64,000 nt of DNA from Candidatus Saccharimonadales bacterium (GCA_040903985.1 JBBDUI010000002.1:29361-93360); one strand, 5' to 3'. Shown: positions 39,770 to 49,966, counted from the first letter of the stretch. A program made the numbers and translations. The notes: generated from the letters alone by a model not told the origin.

Positions 39770-42022
39770 TTGCTTATTAGAACGTATTACCGTCTGCGTA
39801 ACTTCTTCATGCGCGGCTACCGCCGCTTCTCTAGCTATTCCTTGCGGAAGAAAGTAGGTATCATCGTCGGCTCTGGTCTAGCCTTTCTGATCATAGTTCC
39901 ACTCCTAACTTACGCCTATTTCGTGCGTGACATCGCTAACGAAGAACGTCTGATGAACCGTAACAGTACTGGAGTTATCCTCCTAGATCGACATGGTGAA
40001 GAGTTTTACCGCGCATTTAACGCTAATGCCACCGAAACAGAACGAGTACCCTTGGAGCAGTTGCCCCAGCAGCTAGTTGAGGCCCTAATCGCTACCGAAG
40101 ACCGTAACTTCTATGAGCATGGTGGCTACTCAGTGCGTGGCATCGTAGCGGCCCTTTACGGCAATGTACTTAATCGTGATGCCACTAAATTCGGCGGCTC
40201 TACCATCACCCAGCAACTGGCCAAGAACGCCCTCCTAACTAATGACAAAAACTATCTGCGCAAGTACCAGGAGCTGTCCTTAGCCATCGCCATCGAACGT
40301 CACTATGAGAAAGATAAAATTCTAGAACTCTATCTCAACTCTGTTTATTTCGGTGAGGGAGCTTTCGGTATCGAAGATGCCGCCCAGACCTATTTTGCCA
40401 AGCCCGCCACAGAGCTTACTTTAGCTGAAAGCAGTATCTTAATCGGTATTCTACCAGCCCCTTCGGCTTGGTCGCCCATTACCGGGAATCTTGAGCAGGC
40501 GCGCGAACGTCAGGAAGTGGTATTGGATAGCATGGCTGAAGTCGGTTACATCGAAGAAAGCGCAGTCACCGCTACCTTAGCAGAGCAACTCGAATTCCAG
40601 TCTATCGAAGTAGTGGGCGAACAGTACGCCATTCACTTCGCCGAGATGGTTATCGATGAGTTGGAAGAGCGCTACGGCGAAGAGAGGGTGGCCCGCTCCG
40701 GTTTCTTAGTCACCACCACCCTAGATTTGCAGTGGCAGCAGTCTGCTGAAACCGCCGTCACGCAGCATCTAGCTCAACTGCAGTACGCTGAAGTCGATAA
40801 CGGCGCGGTCGTAGCTATCGATCCGGAAAATGGGGCTATTCGCAGCTTAGTAGGGAGTAGCGACTGGAGTAACGAAGAGTTTGGCCGAGTCAATATGGCT
40901 ACCGTACCGCGTCAACCCGGTTCCAGCTTTAAACCGATTTACTATGCCGAAGCGCTAGCCGAGAAACAGATCACCCCGGCCACTATCTTAGAAGATGTCC
41001 CGACAACGTTCGGAAACAGCTACGAGCCAGAGAACTTCGACCTAAGTTATCGCGGTGATGTTACCGTGCGCCGAGCTTTGGCCAACTCACTTAATATACC
41101 GGCCATCAAAGTGATGGAGCAGCTGGGAGTGAGCGAGTCGATTGCCGCTGCTCAACGCCTAGGACTCGATACTATCGATACATCAACCGATTACGGTCTC
41201 TCGCTAGCCCTCGGTACGGCTGAGGTACCCTTAATAGATATGACTAACGCCTACGCAGCCTTCGCAGCTAGCGGCATGCAGCATGAGACGGTACTTATAG
41301 AGGAAATCGATAATAAATATGGCGAAACAATCTTCCGTTTTAACAATCAAGGTAGTCGCGTGCTCGATGCTGGAGCGGCATACTTGATCTCCTCTATTCT
41401 TTCGGACGAATCGGCCCGAGCAGAAACCTTTGGTAGCAGTCTATCAATCGGTCGCACGGCAGCGGTCAAGACCGGCACGACAGAAGACAACCGAGATGCA
41501 TTAACACTCGGCTACACTCCGGAAATTGCCGTTGGAGTCTGGGTGGGGAACAACGATAATCGTCCGATGAGTGCAATCGGTGGTTCTACCGGAGCCGCCC
41601 CGATCTGGCGCAGTGTGATGCAGACTATTACGACTGATATGCCGGCTGGGGAGTTTACCCAACCAAGTAGTATCACTTCTGCCTTAATTTGTTACGGGAA
41701 CGGTCTACGCGCTAGTGAGGCTTTTGCCGGGGCCTACCGCGAATACTTCCTACGTGGCACGCTACCTAGATTCGGCTGCGCAGCGCCCGAACCGGAACCG
41801 GAGGAGGAAGAACCCCCTGCCGACGAAGTCGAAGAAGAAGATACGACACCGGATGAGCCAGAGACAGGACCACCGGAAGATGATACCGGTACCGGGCAAG
41901 ATAACGGTGGGGATGATGATACTGGGCAACCAGATGACGGTGATGATCCAGATGAAGATGATAGCCCGCCTGGAAATGGCGGACAGGGTCAGAATCCCAG
42001 CTCCGGCCAGACTCAAGCCTAA
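39770..42022 (+). CDS. Class A penicillin-binding protein (PBP1A family)
   Basis: EDRNFYEHGG, GGSTITQQLAKN, GSSFKP, SLN, KTGT. Confidence 0.95.
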   Translation: MLIRTYYRLRNFFMRGYRRFSSYSLRKKVGIIVGSGLAFLIIVPLLTYAYFVRDIANEERLMNRNSTGVILLDRHGEEFYRAFNANATETERVPLEQLPQQLVEALIATEDRNFYEHGGYSVRGIVAALYGNVLNRDATKFGGSTITQQLAKNALLTNDKNYLRKYQELSLAIAIERHYEKDKILELYLNSVYFGEGAFGIEDAAQTYFAKPATELTLAESSILIGILPAPSAWSPITGNLEQARERQEVVLDSMAEVGYIEESAVTATLAEQLEFQSIEVVGEQYAIHFAEMVIDELEERYGEERVARSGFLVTTTLDLQWQQSAETAVTQHLAQLQYAEVDNGAVVAIDPENGAIRSLVGSSDWSNEEFGRVNMATVPRQPGSSFKPIYYAEALAEKQITPATILEDVPTTFGNSYEPENFDLSYRGDVTVRRALANSLNIPAIKVMEQLGVSESIAAAQRLGLDTIDTSTDYGLSLALGTAEVPLIDMTNAYAAFAASGMQHETVLIEEIDNKYGETIFRFNNQGSRVLDAGAAYLISSILSDESARAETFGSSLSIGRTAAVKTGTTEDNRDALTLGYTPEIAVGVWVGNNDNRPMSAIGGSTGAAPIWRSVMQTITTDMPAGEFTQPSSITSALICYGNGLRASEAFAGAYREYFLRGTLPRFGCAAPEPEPEEEEPPADEVEEEDTTPDEPETGPPEDDTGTGQDNGGDDDTGQPDDGDDPDEDDSPPGNGGQGQNPSSGQTQA

Positions 42023-42030
42023 GTAGACCT

Positions 42031-43842
42031 TTAACGCTTCTTGTTACGTAAGTTGCGATCAAGCTCGCGTTTACGCAACCGAATACTCTTCGGAGTCACT
42101 TCCATTAGCTCATCATCTTCCAGAAAATCAAGTGACTGCTCTAGGCTAAAACGAGTAGCCGGGGTTAGCTGCACTGTGCCATCACTGCTCTTACTCCGCA
42201 TATTGGTTAAGTGCTTCTCCTTAGTAACGCTAACGTCTAAGTCCTCACTCCGGCTGTTTAGTCCGACTATCTGGCCGCTATATACTTTCTCGCCCGGACC
42301 GACGAAGAGGGTGCCGCGAGCCTCAACCGACTGTAGTGCGTAGGGAGTAGTCACAGCGCTGTCAAAGGCGATTAAGGCGCCGCTGCGTTGCTGATCGAGA
42401 TCAGGGCCTTTTGGTTGATAGCCTTTTAGCATACTGTTCATAACCACCGTACCCTTAGTCTGAGTCACCAAGATATTACGTAAGCCGAGGTAGGTACGGG
42501 TCGGCATCTCATAAATTAGGCGTGCATCTCCGGAGCTAAGGTTAGACTGAGAGATAGCTACTGCCCGCCGCTTGCCCATTTCACTCTGGACAGTACCGGT
42601 ATACTCGGCCGGTACTTCGATCGCGACCTCTTCAAATGGCTCTAAGGTCTGACCGTTCTCCTGACGATAAACCACTCGCGGCTGACCGACCTCAAACTCA
42701 AAGCCTTCTCGGCGCATCGTCTCAATTAAGACACTTAGGTGGAGCTCACCCCGGCCGCTAACGATAAAACCGATCGCTTCCGGTTCGAGTTGGAAACCGA
42801 TATTGGTCTCTAATTCTTTCTCTAACCGCTCGGCGATCTGCCGTGAGGTGGTGAAGTCGCCTTCCTTACCCTTTAATGGAGAAGTGTTGGGACCCAAATA
42901 TATACTTAGGGTTGGGTCTTCCAGCTTAATAACCGGTAGAGCATCCGGATGCTCAGGGTCAACTATGGTCTGACCAATCTGTGCTTCACTCAGGCCACTG
43001 AGCGCGATGATATCACCTTGCTCGGCACGCTGAGCTTCCACCCGGGCTAGGCCTCGATAAGTATAAATCTTATCTACTTTTCCGGTAGAGGTGATGCCGT
43101 CTGGAGTAGCTAGCGCCACTTTCTTTCCAGGCACCACGCTGCCCCGACCGATGCGGCCGATAGCATATTTCCCTTCATAGTTGTCCCAAGCTAGGGAAGT
43201 GACCAATAACTGTAAACCTTCACCCGGGGTAGGCTGTGGTGCCGGCACCTGCTCGATAATGGCATCTAATACGGGGGTAATAGTAGTTTCCGAATTAAAG
43301 TCTACCGGCATAGTGTCCCAAGCCTTACCATCTCGCGCTACAGCGTAATAAATCGAGTACTGTAGTTGTGATTCGATCGTCGCTAGATCCAAGAAGAGAT
43401 CGGCTAGCTCGCTCTCAACTTCCGCGATACGAGCTCCTGGCTTATCAATCTTATTAATGATCACGATCGGCACCAGGCCGGCCGCTAGAGCCTTAGATAG
43501 GACGAACTTGGTCTGGGGCATCGGGCCTTCCTGGGCATCAACTATTAGTAAGCAGCCGTCGGCCATATGCAAAATACGCTCGACCTCACCGCTAAAGTCG
43601 GCGTGACCAGGTGTATCGATGATGTTGATGCGATGCTCAGCATACTCGATAGCGGTGATCTTAGCAGTAATAGTGATACCACGCTCCCGCTCTTGGTCGT
43701 TAGAGTCCATTAGCAGCTCTTGACTCATTTCGGCCTGATTATCCCGGAACAGATTACTCTGCTTGAGAAAACTATCGACCAAAGTGGTCTTGCCATGGTC
43801 GACGTGAGCTATGACGGCGATGTTACGAATATTATTTGACAT
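42031..43842 (-). CDS. typA: Translational GTPase TypA/BipA
   Basis: AHVDHGKTT, DTPGHADF, GRGELHL, EVTPKSIRLRK; ATG 43842. Confidence 0.96.
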   Translation of the reverse strand: MSNNIRNIAVIAHVDHGKTTLVDSFLKQSNLFRDNQAEMSQELLMDSNDQERERGITITAKITAIEYAEHRINIIDTPGHADFSGEVERILHMADGCLLIVDAQEGPMPQTKFVLSKALAAGLVPIVIINKIDKPGARIAEVESELADLFLDLATIESQLQYSIYYAVARDGKAWDTMPVDFNSETTITPVLDAIIEQVPAPQPTPGEGLQLLVTSLAWDNYEGKYAIGRIGRGSVVPGKKVALATPDGITSTGKVDKIYTYRGLARVEAQRAEQGDIIALSGLSEAQIGQTIVDPEHPDALPVIKLEDPTLSIYLGPNTSPLKGKEGDFTTSRQIAERLEKELETNIGFQLEPEAIGFIVSGRGELHLSVLIETMRREGFEFEVGQPRVVYRQENGQTLEPFEEVAIEVPAEYTGTVQSEMGKRRAVAISQSNLSSGDARLIYEMPTRTYLGLRNILVTQTKGTVVMNSMLKGYQPKGPDLDQQRSGALIAFDSAVTTPYALQSVEARGTLFVGPGEKVYSGQIVGLNSRSEDLDVSVTKEKHLTNMRSKSSDGTVQLTPATRFSLEQSLDFLEDDELMEVTPKSIRLRKRELDRNLRNKKR

Positions 43843-43932
43843 ATCCGCGTAGTATAACAGCATTCGGGGTTAATTTTGAGGGCTAAACCATAAGATGCGA
43901 ACAGTAGGCCCAGACCCAGCGGGGTAGCTACG

Positions 43933-43948
43933 TGTGATCTACATCACA
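43933..43948 (+). promoter_or_regulatory. Consensus CRP box
   Basis: TGTGA-TCTACA-TCACA; extended -10 TGcTACTAT at 43985-43993. Confidence 0.75.
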
Positions 43949-44022
43949 GATAATGTAAATTTATTTGCTTCTTAAAGCCAATAATGCTACTATAAATAGT
44001 AGTAAATAAAGGAGATACCCAC

Positions 44023-44175
44023 ATGTTATATACAATCATCGTCATCCTACTAGCCCTCTGGCTGTTCGGACTTTTATTCGAAGTTGCCGGCGGCTTAATC
44101 CATCTACTACTAGTGGTAGCATTGGTAGTCTTCATCTATAACCAAGTCACTAAACGCCGCGCCTCGGTCGAATAG
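44023..44175 (+). CDS. lmo0937-family small membrane protein (not in ORF track)
   Basis: AAGGAG RBS; MLYTIIVILLALWLFGLLFEVAGGLIHLLLVVALVVFIYNQVTKRRASVE. Confidence 0.85.
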   Translation: MLYTIIVILLALWLFGLLFEVAGGLIHLLLVVALVVFIYNQVTKRRASVE

Positions 44176-44375
44176 GTAGCCGCAGTAGATAGCCGGACCG
44201 TTTCAGCCAGTGTGCTAGCGGTCTGGCGCATTAAGGACAGATAGTGTATAGTTGTAAACTGTGCCAACTGCCCAAACAGGTGCAGGCACTATTTTAATTT
44301 AGAACTTTCAAGATGAATACGAGACTTCGATCTAAACTCGCTGTTCGTCAGCAAGTTTAGAAAGAGGTTACATCT

Positions 44376-45602
44376 ATGCAATACAATTCAACTTCTCGTG
44401 GTGGTACACGTTATCGCGGCGGGAATCAACGCAATCGCAGTGGCGGAGGCGGCAACCGTCGTCGTGCGCCCCAAAAAGGCCGTGGCAACCAAGGCCAATA
44501 TATCCATCCGGATAAATTCGTTAATAAGATGCCAGTAGCCGATCAACCAGTCTTTACAGCCACTCATAGCTTTAGTGACTTCGGACTGTTCCCGGCCCTT
44601 GAGCAGACCTTGCAAAAACGTGGCTACAGCTCACCAACAGCTATCCAAGATGAGGCGATTCTGCCCGCTATGGATGGTCAGGACGTGATAGGCATCGCCA
44701 ACACTGGCACCGGTAAGACCGCCGCCTTTGTGCTACCGATTATTCACCGCCTGAAGACTGGCCAAGCCGATGGTCAAGTGCTCATTATCGCACCAACTCG
44801 CGAGTTAGCCGGGCAAATTGATGAAGAGTTTCGCAGTTTCTCTCAAGGACTCAACCTATACTCGGTCGTCTGTGTCGGCGGTATGCGTATCGACCCTCAA
44901 ATTCGGGCCTTACAACGCCGTCCCCAGGTCGTAATCGGCACTCCCGGTCGACTGAAAGACTTGCTACAGCAACGTAAGCTACATCTAGACTCTACCGGTA
45001 TCCTGGTCCTCGATGAGGCCGACCGCATGCTAGATATGGGCTTCCTACCCGACATCAGGTTCTTACTTGACCGCTTACCGACCAAACGTCAATCGCTGTG
45101 CTTCAGCGCGACTATTACGCCAACCATCAAGGACCTAATGGATCGGATGATGAACGATCCGGTCTCAGTCTCAGTTCGTACCGGTGATACCAGCCGGCAA
45201 GTAGCCCAAGATATCGTTCGGACTACTTCTAAAGAACACAAGCTAGAGGTACTGACTAATCTCCTAGCTCAACCGCATTTTGAGAAAGTACTAGTCTTTG
45301 GTCAGACTAAGTTCGGCGTACAGCGTCTAGCCGATACTCTCAGCCAGCAAGGTACGCCAGCCCAGGCCATACACGGTAATAAGACCCAGTCCCAGCGTCA
45401 ACGAGCTCTGAAAGCCTTCAAGGACGGTCACGTAGACATCCTAGTCGCGACCGACGTCGCTGCTCGTGGGCTCGATATACCTAACGTCAGCCATGTCATT
45501 AACTTTGACCAGCCCCATACTTACGACGACTACATCCACCGTATCGGGCGTACTGGTCGCGCCGGTAAACGAGGCGAGGCCCTGACCTTCATCTCACAGT
45601 AA
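44376..45602 (+). CDS. DEAD-box RNA helicase
   Basis: Q motif, TGTGKT, PTRELA, DEAD, SAT, HRIGRTGR. Confidence 0.96.
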   Translation: MQYNSTSRGGTRYRGGNQRNRSGGGGNRRRAPQKGRGNQGQYIHPDKFVNKMPVADQPVFTATHSFSDFGLFPALEQTLQKRGYSSPTAIQDEAILPAMDGQDVIGIANTGTGKTAAFVLPIIHRLKTGQADGQVLIIAPTRELAGQIDEEFRSFSQGLNLYSVVCVGGMRIDPQIRALQRRPQVVIGTPGRLKDLLQQRKLHLDSTGILVLDEADRMLDMGFLPDIRFLLDRLPTKRQSLCFSATITPTIKDLMDRMMNDPVSVSVRTGDTSRQVAQDIVRTTSKEHKLEVLTNLLAQPHFEKVLVFGQTKFGVQRLADTLSQQGTPAQAIHGNKTQSQRQRALKAFKDGHVDILVATDVAARGLDIPNVSHVINFDQPHTYDDYIHRIGRTGRAGKRGEALTFISQ

Positions 45603-45672
45603 ACTGGCTCACCCCACCTCGTCACAGTAGAGTGGGGTGGAGTCAATAGCTGCTATAGTTATGTTTAAGTAT

Positions 45673-46083
45673 ATGAACTACTTAACTCAACAGCTAAAAG
45701 AGCAGCTCATCGCCATACGTAACTCAATACTGTTTGAAGCTGTATTCGTCATACTAGTTATCATCAGCATCGCACTACTACTTGGCGAGTTCGTGCTCCC
45801 AGTATCGTCCACGACCATACAAGCTTTCGGCCAAATCAACATGGCTATCGCTTGGATATTTCTGGCAGACTTCTTTTTAGGACTACTCATTACACCCGAT
45901 CGACGGCTATACCTAAAGTCCGACTGGTTTCTGCTACTAGCCTCAATTCCGGTAAGTGAGTACGTCTTCAGCTCACTGCGAGTTTTCCGCTTAGTCCGAA
46001 TTTTCCGTATTTACGGGACAATCAGCCGAAGCCTAGCCATACCCCACCTCCGCTTCTTATTTAAGCGCCGGCGCAGACACTAG
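45673..46083 (+). CDS. Stand-alone voltage-sensor-like (ion transport) protein
   Basis: TM helices then S4-like LRVFRLVRIFRIY; no pore domain. Confidence 0.7.
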   Translation: MNYLTQQLKEQLIAIRNSILFEAVFVILVIISIALLLGEFVLPVSSTTIQAFGQINMAIAWIFLADFFLGLLITPDRRLYLKSDWFLLLASIPVSEYVFSSLRVFRLVRIFRIYGTISRSLAIPHLRFLFKRRRRH

Positions 46084-46138
46084 TCTCAGCACATTGGTAT
46101 AATGAAGATAGGCAAATTAGAGTAGCAAGGAGGCCGCA

Positions 46139-46459
46139 ATGACAGATTCACAAATTGCTCGTCAAGCAGCTGATCGACGAGACAACGCCAAACGCTTAGA
46201 GCGCGAAAAGGTTAAGAAAGAACAGCGGGTCAGAAGCCTAGAGAGAGAGGCCAACCGCCATAAAGCTGGTGCGGCTGGGCATATCCTAGGAATGCAGGAT
46301 AGCTCCGATATACAGGCAGCCAACTATCAGCGTGAGGAAGCTCAGGAAGCTAAAAACGAAGCCGAGGAACTAGCGGCAGAGGTGGATGAATTAAACGCTG
46401 AGAAAAAGCGCCTAGAAGAGGAAGCCGACCGGTTAAACGAAGAAGCTAAAAAAGCGTAA
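46139..46459 (+). CDS. Charged coiled-coil protein
   Basis: AAGGAGG RBS; E/K/A/R-rich. Confidence 0.65.
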   Translation: MTDSQIARQAADRRDNAKRLEREKVKKEQRVRSLEREANRHKAGAAGHILGMQDSSDIQAANYQREEAQEAKNEAEELAAEVDELNAEKKRLEEEADRLNEEAKKA

Positions 46460-46479
46460 ACTCCCGAAATGACCGTTGA

Positions 46480-47175
46480 CTAGCTATCACGCAGTTCCGG
46501 CTTAGGATTAATGATACGGCGCAGCTGAGCTTGATCTTTTATGATGAGGTGTTTGTCTTTGGCGTTCACAATATCCTCTCTTCTGAGCCACTCCAACTCC
46601 CGGGATATCGTCTCCCGAGCCATACCTAAGCTATCGGCTAAGTCCTGATGGGTTAGGGGTAATTCGATGATTATCTGATCATAGAGCTCACTAGAGAACC
46701 GCTCAGCCAGGACTAGGAGATGATAGGCTAGCCTCTGCCGGGCGTGTTTAAGTGGCGAGGCTTCCACCCGACTCAGGTAAAGTTCGTAATTATTAATCAA
46801 ACTGACCACTAGCTCGCGATACCCTTCAGGGTGTCGCTCGAGATATTTCATCAGCTTATCTGCCGACTGAACATAGACCTCCACCGCCACGATTGCCTCG
46901 AAATATACCATCTCACGGAGATGGTAGGGCGAACGACCTAGATTAGCCCGTAGCGTTGGAGCTAACGGAAAGATCGAGCCTGGACCGTAGATACAAAGCA
47001 CATTATAGTTTCCCTCACTTGTTATAGCGTAAGACTTAACGTAGCCGCTCTCCAACATAAACACTGGGCTACCGTTTTTTTTAGAATCATAAATGATTTC
47101 TTCCTTATCAAACTGAGTACGTGTGCCGGTCTGAAAGAAAGAGGCTATGAGTTGAGGCTGAGACTGCTCGAGCAT
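46480..47175 (-). CDS. Crp/Fnr family regulator
   Basis: LESGYVK, YGPGSIFP, PLTHQDLA...ARETISR. Confidence 0.92.
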   Translation of the reverse strand: MLEQSQPQLIASFFQTGTRTQFDKEEIIYDSKKNGSPVFMLESGYVKSYAITSEGNYNVLCIYGPGSIFPLAPTLRANLGRSPYHLREMVYFEAIVAVEVYVQSADKLMKYLERHPEGYRELVVSLINNYELYLSRVEASPLKHARQRLAYHLLVLAERFSSELYDQIIIELPLTHQDLADSLGMARETISRELEWLRREDIVNAKDKHLIIKDQAQLRRIINPKPELRDS

Positions 47176-47221
47176 AAAGGTTACTCTTTCTCACTAGGAT
47201 ACTTATCAGTATAGCTGATGA

Positions 47222-47264
47222 CGTGATAAACATCACTGATACCCCCTCAGCTATGCGATATAGT
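47222..47264 (+). promoter_or_regulatory. Class II CRP-type promoter
   Basis: CGTGA-TAAACA-TCACT (47222-47237); -10 TATAGT (47259-47264). Confidence 0.7.
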
Positions 47265-47342
47265 TTAATTCCGAAACACATGTGATGTCATAGCCACACG
47301 TGAAACGGGTGAGGTAGAAAAGTAAATAAGGAGGTGCAATAT

Positions 47343-47546
47343 ATGCGTATTGCCTTAAATAAACTAGACCGTAGGGCGACGTCGGTACCCCTACGCTTAA
47401 TGGCCGAGCGCGAACGGCCGCTCTATGCCAACCATAGAGATCAACTCCGGCTACTGTATCGTAAAATTAATGATAGGAGTAGAAGTTATGTATCACCCCG
47501 GCCCTACATTCATTACGCAGACCGGTTTTCAAAGTCTAAAAGATAG
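47343..47546 (+). CDS. Small basic protein upstream of the gre-like gene
   Basis: AAGGAGG RBS before ATG 47343; overlaps the gre-like start. Confidence 0.5.
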   Translation: MRIALNKLDRRATSVPLRLMAERERPLYANHRDQLRLLYRKINDRSRSYVSPRPYIHYADRFSKSKR

Positions 47547-47949
47547 GCTCGATCAACTCGGTCGTAAGCGGACTAAACTCGGACACGATCTCCACGCCGT
47601 ACAAGAGCCTGGCAAACGCGTAGAGAATGGTAGTTTCTCTACGATCTGGGACCAGAAACTACAGATCGAGGAAACCATTCACGACATAAACGCCACCTTG
47701 CGTAATTCCAGCGTCATACAGCGGCCTACGCGACGTCTGCGCATAACCCTCGGTAGTCAGGTCAAGCTCAAAGGGGGTGACCAGATGCGCGAGTTCACCC
47801 TAGTCGACTCACCGGAAGCCAATCCGAGTATAGGTCTAATCTCCTATAAATCCCCGGCTGGTAGCTCACTGCTAGGCAAGCGCATCGGTGAGCAAGTGGA
47901 GATCGGCAACGGTAAGAAGATTACCTACACCATTCTCGACATCAACTAG
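47488..47949 (+). CDS. GreA/GreB-family protein (divergent)
   Basis: FITQTGFQSLKDRL, GSQV, EANPSIGLISYKSPAGSSLLGK; AGGAG RBS before ATG 47488. Confidence 0.85.
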   Translation: MYHPGPTFITQTGFQSLKDRLDQLGRKRTKLGHDLHAVQEPGKRVENGSFSTIWDQKLQIEETIHDINATLRNSSVIQRPTRRLRITLGSQVKLKGGDQMREFTLVDSPEANPSIGLISYKSPAGSSLLGKRIGEQVEIGNGKKITYTILDIN

Positions 47950-48910
47950 CTGGATCACACTGTCCCTCCCAGTCACGCAGCGCCTCGCAGCTGTAGCGGA
48001 CTGGGAGCAGAAAATCTTCGAGTGAGTTTAAATACGTCATCGTGCGACTGGTTATATGTTTTACGAGATCCTCTTCGACATTAGGCTGAGTAAGACTGTA
48101 CTCGGCCTCCGCCGCCCAACGTAGGGTATGAGTGAATTCATGCACGATTGTAGAGTTTAATATCCAGTTCGGGTTCCTAATATAAGGTGGAGGTACCTGC
48201 TCTACATCCAACACCCCAGCCTCAGCATGCGTCGGATAGTCACTCAAAGCAGTAGACCCCGGCGCGATTACAATCGGATGGATACGCGGCTGCAGCTCGA
48301 TAATGTCCTGGAGCCACGATAACTCCTTAATTCGCCATGGCACTGAGCCTCCACTAGCGTGACAGCTAGAGCGGGCGCCCATCTCATTTACAGCGCGGCG
48401 TGATAGCTGCAAACCATTGATGCATTTGCGCGGATCACTACTAATTAAAATCGGTATCTCGTGACCGGCAAACTCGCCTGCACTGAGACGCTCTCGGAGA
48501 CACTCCATAGTGGCACTGAGACGGGGGATCTCATATGGAGCCTCGAAAGCAGCGAGTAAAAGCCGCTCCAGGCCATCGCTATCGATCAGTAGGTCTCCTT
48601 CGGAATAAATCCGCACGGTTATCCCGCTATCCTCCATATACCTCGACTCAATCTCGGAGAAGCTACTCAGTTGATCTAGGGTCTCGTTCAAATTAACTTG
48701 AGTTAAATCCTCATGCTGAAGTGGGTTACGCGAGTTATGATTCGGTATCTCTAGCTCCGACTTCACATCTGGCAGTTCACAACCAGGAAAATCAGGCACG
48801 GCTTCCGGCTGAGCAGAGCCAGCTCCACTACTACAGCCCGACAGCGCTAAACTGCCGGCAGCTAGATAGACTGCCAGTTTCGGGGCACGATTTCGAGCTA
48901 CAAACTCCAA
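47942..48910 (-). CDS. Putative lipoprotein zinc metallopeptidase
   Basis: Lipobox-like LSGC; HEFTH plus downstream EE. Confidence 0.55.
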   Translation of the reverse strand: MEFVARNRAPKLAVYLAAGSLALSGCSSGAGSAQPEAVPDFPGCELPDVKSELEIPNHNSRNPLQHEDLTQVNLNETLDQLSSFSEIESRYMEDSGITVRIYSEGDLLIDSDGLERLLLAAFEAPYEIPRLSATMECLRERLSAGEFAGHEIPILISSDPRKCINGLQLSRRAVNEMGARSSCHASGGSVPWRIKELSWLQDIIELQPRIHPIVIAPGSTALSDYPTHAEAGVLDVEQVPPPYIRNPNWILNSTIVHEFTHTLRWAAEAEYSLTQPNVEEDLVKHITSRTMTYLNSLEDFLLPVRYSCEALRDWEGQCDPAS

Positions 48911-48916
48911 CCTAAT

Positions 48917-49966
48917 CTACCGGCTAAACTCTTCGACCTCGGTTTGGTCGAAAATATTATCTATGAACTGTTGAATCTCACTAAAACCGCCACTTCGTGG
49001 TACCAGAGAAGACCCAGCTTCATTTTGAACCGGTACTAACAGATTTGAAGTGTCGATCACATACTGGCTTGGAGTCTCAGCATCAAGTTGGCGGGCCAGA
49101 TTAGCCAGCTTGAACATCTCTAGTCGTGTTAAGTTGGTCGTAACGTGTGCTTCAAAGACCGCTAATAATGATCGTATAGTCGAAAAGTCAGTTAGTACTT
49201 CTCGACGCATGATCTCCGTCTGCAGTGCCACCACGACCTGCTGCTGGCGGTGAGCGCGATCAAAGTCACTGGTCGTCGTCTGACGCGAACGAGCATAGCG
49301 CAGAGCAGTTTGTCCATCAAAGTGGTGTTCTCCCGCCTCGATAACTAACGGTTCATAACCGTTATAGCCGGGGGCTGGATAGAAAGGATCCTCCAACAGC
49401 TGTTCGACTTCGACCGTGATCCCTCCGACCGCATCGATTATTTTCTCAAAACCTTCGAAGTCAAGAGCTAGATGGTAGTGGATCGGAATGTCAAAGTGCT
49501 CCTCAATCGTAGCGGCCGTCAGCGCTGGTCCACCACCGCGATAATCGTAATTTTCTCCGTAGGCGTGAGCGGCATTGATCTTAGCTGAATCAAACCCAGG
49601 GATAGAGACGTACAGATCTCGAGGGATACCGACTATGGCCATCTTTGGACGCTCGCTATCTGAGTGATCGATGCTAATCAGCATTATCGTATCGCTCAGC
49701 TTTGCCGCCTCATCCACGCCTAGAACTAGTAGATTCGTCCTCCCGGCGTGATTAGCCAACGGGATAACTCGTACATACCAATAGCCAGCAGCGATTAAGA
49801 GGGCGGCCGCTAGAATAATAACTGCAACTGCTGCTAGAACGAGTTTAAGTAAGTGATGGTGTTTGGGCTTCTCACTATGACGCGCCTTTCTGCGTTCACG
49901 ACGAGTTGGCTTATGGCTCTCCTCCGGAGATTTATCATCAGGTTGATAGTAAAAATAATCGATCAT
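48917..49966 (-). CDS. LCP (LytR-CpsA-Psr) family protein
   Basis: NLLVLGVD, SDTIML, IPRDL, KINAA, SDFDRAHRQQ; ATG 49966. Confidence 0.92.
   Translation of the reverse strand: MIDYFYYQPDDKSPEESHKPTRRERRKARHSEKPKHHHLLKLVLAAVAVIILAAALLIAAGYWYVRVIPLANHAGRTNLLVLGVDEAAKLSDTIMLISIDHSDSERPKMAIVGIPRDLYVSIPGFDSAKINAAHAYGENYDYRGGGPALTAATIEEHFDIPIHYHLALDFEGFEKIIDAVGGITVEVEQLLEDPFYPAPGYNGYEPLVIEAGEHHFDGQTALRYARSRQTTTSDFDRAHRQQQVVVALQTEIMRREVLTDFSTIRSLLAVFEAHVTTNLTRLEMFKLANLARQLDAETPSQYVIDTSNLLVPVQNEAGSSLVPRSGGFSEIQQFIDNIFDQTEVEEFSR

Noticed and set aside
41780-42022. Low-complexity repeats and overlapping ORFs at the PBP1A end
   Set aside because: Acidic Pro/Asp/Glu disordered tail of PBP1A; the alternate ORFs are artefacts.
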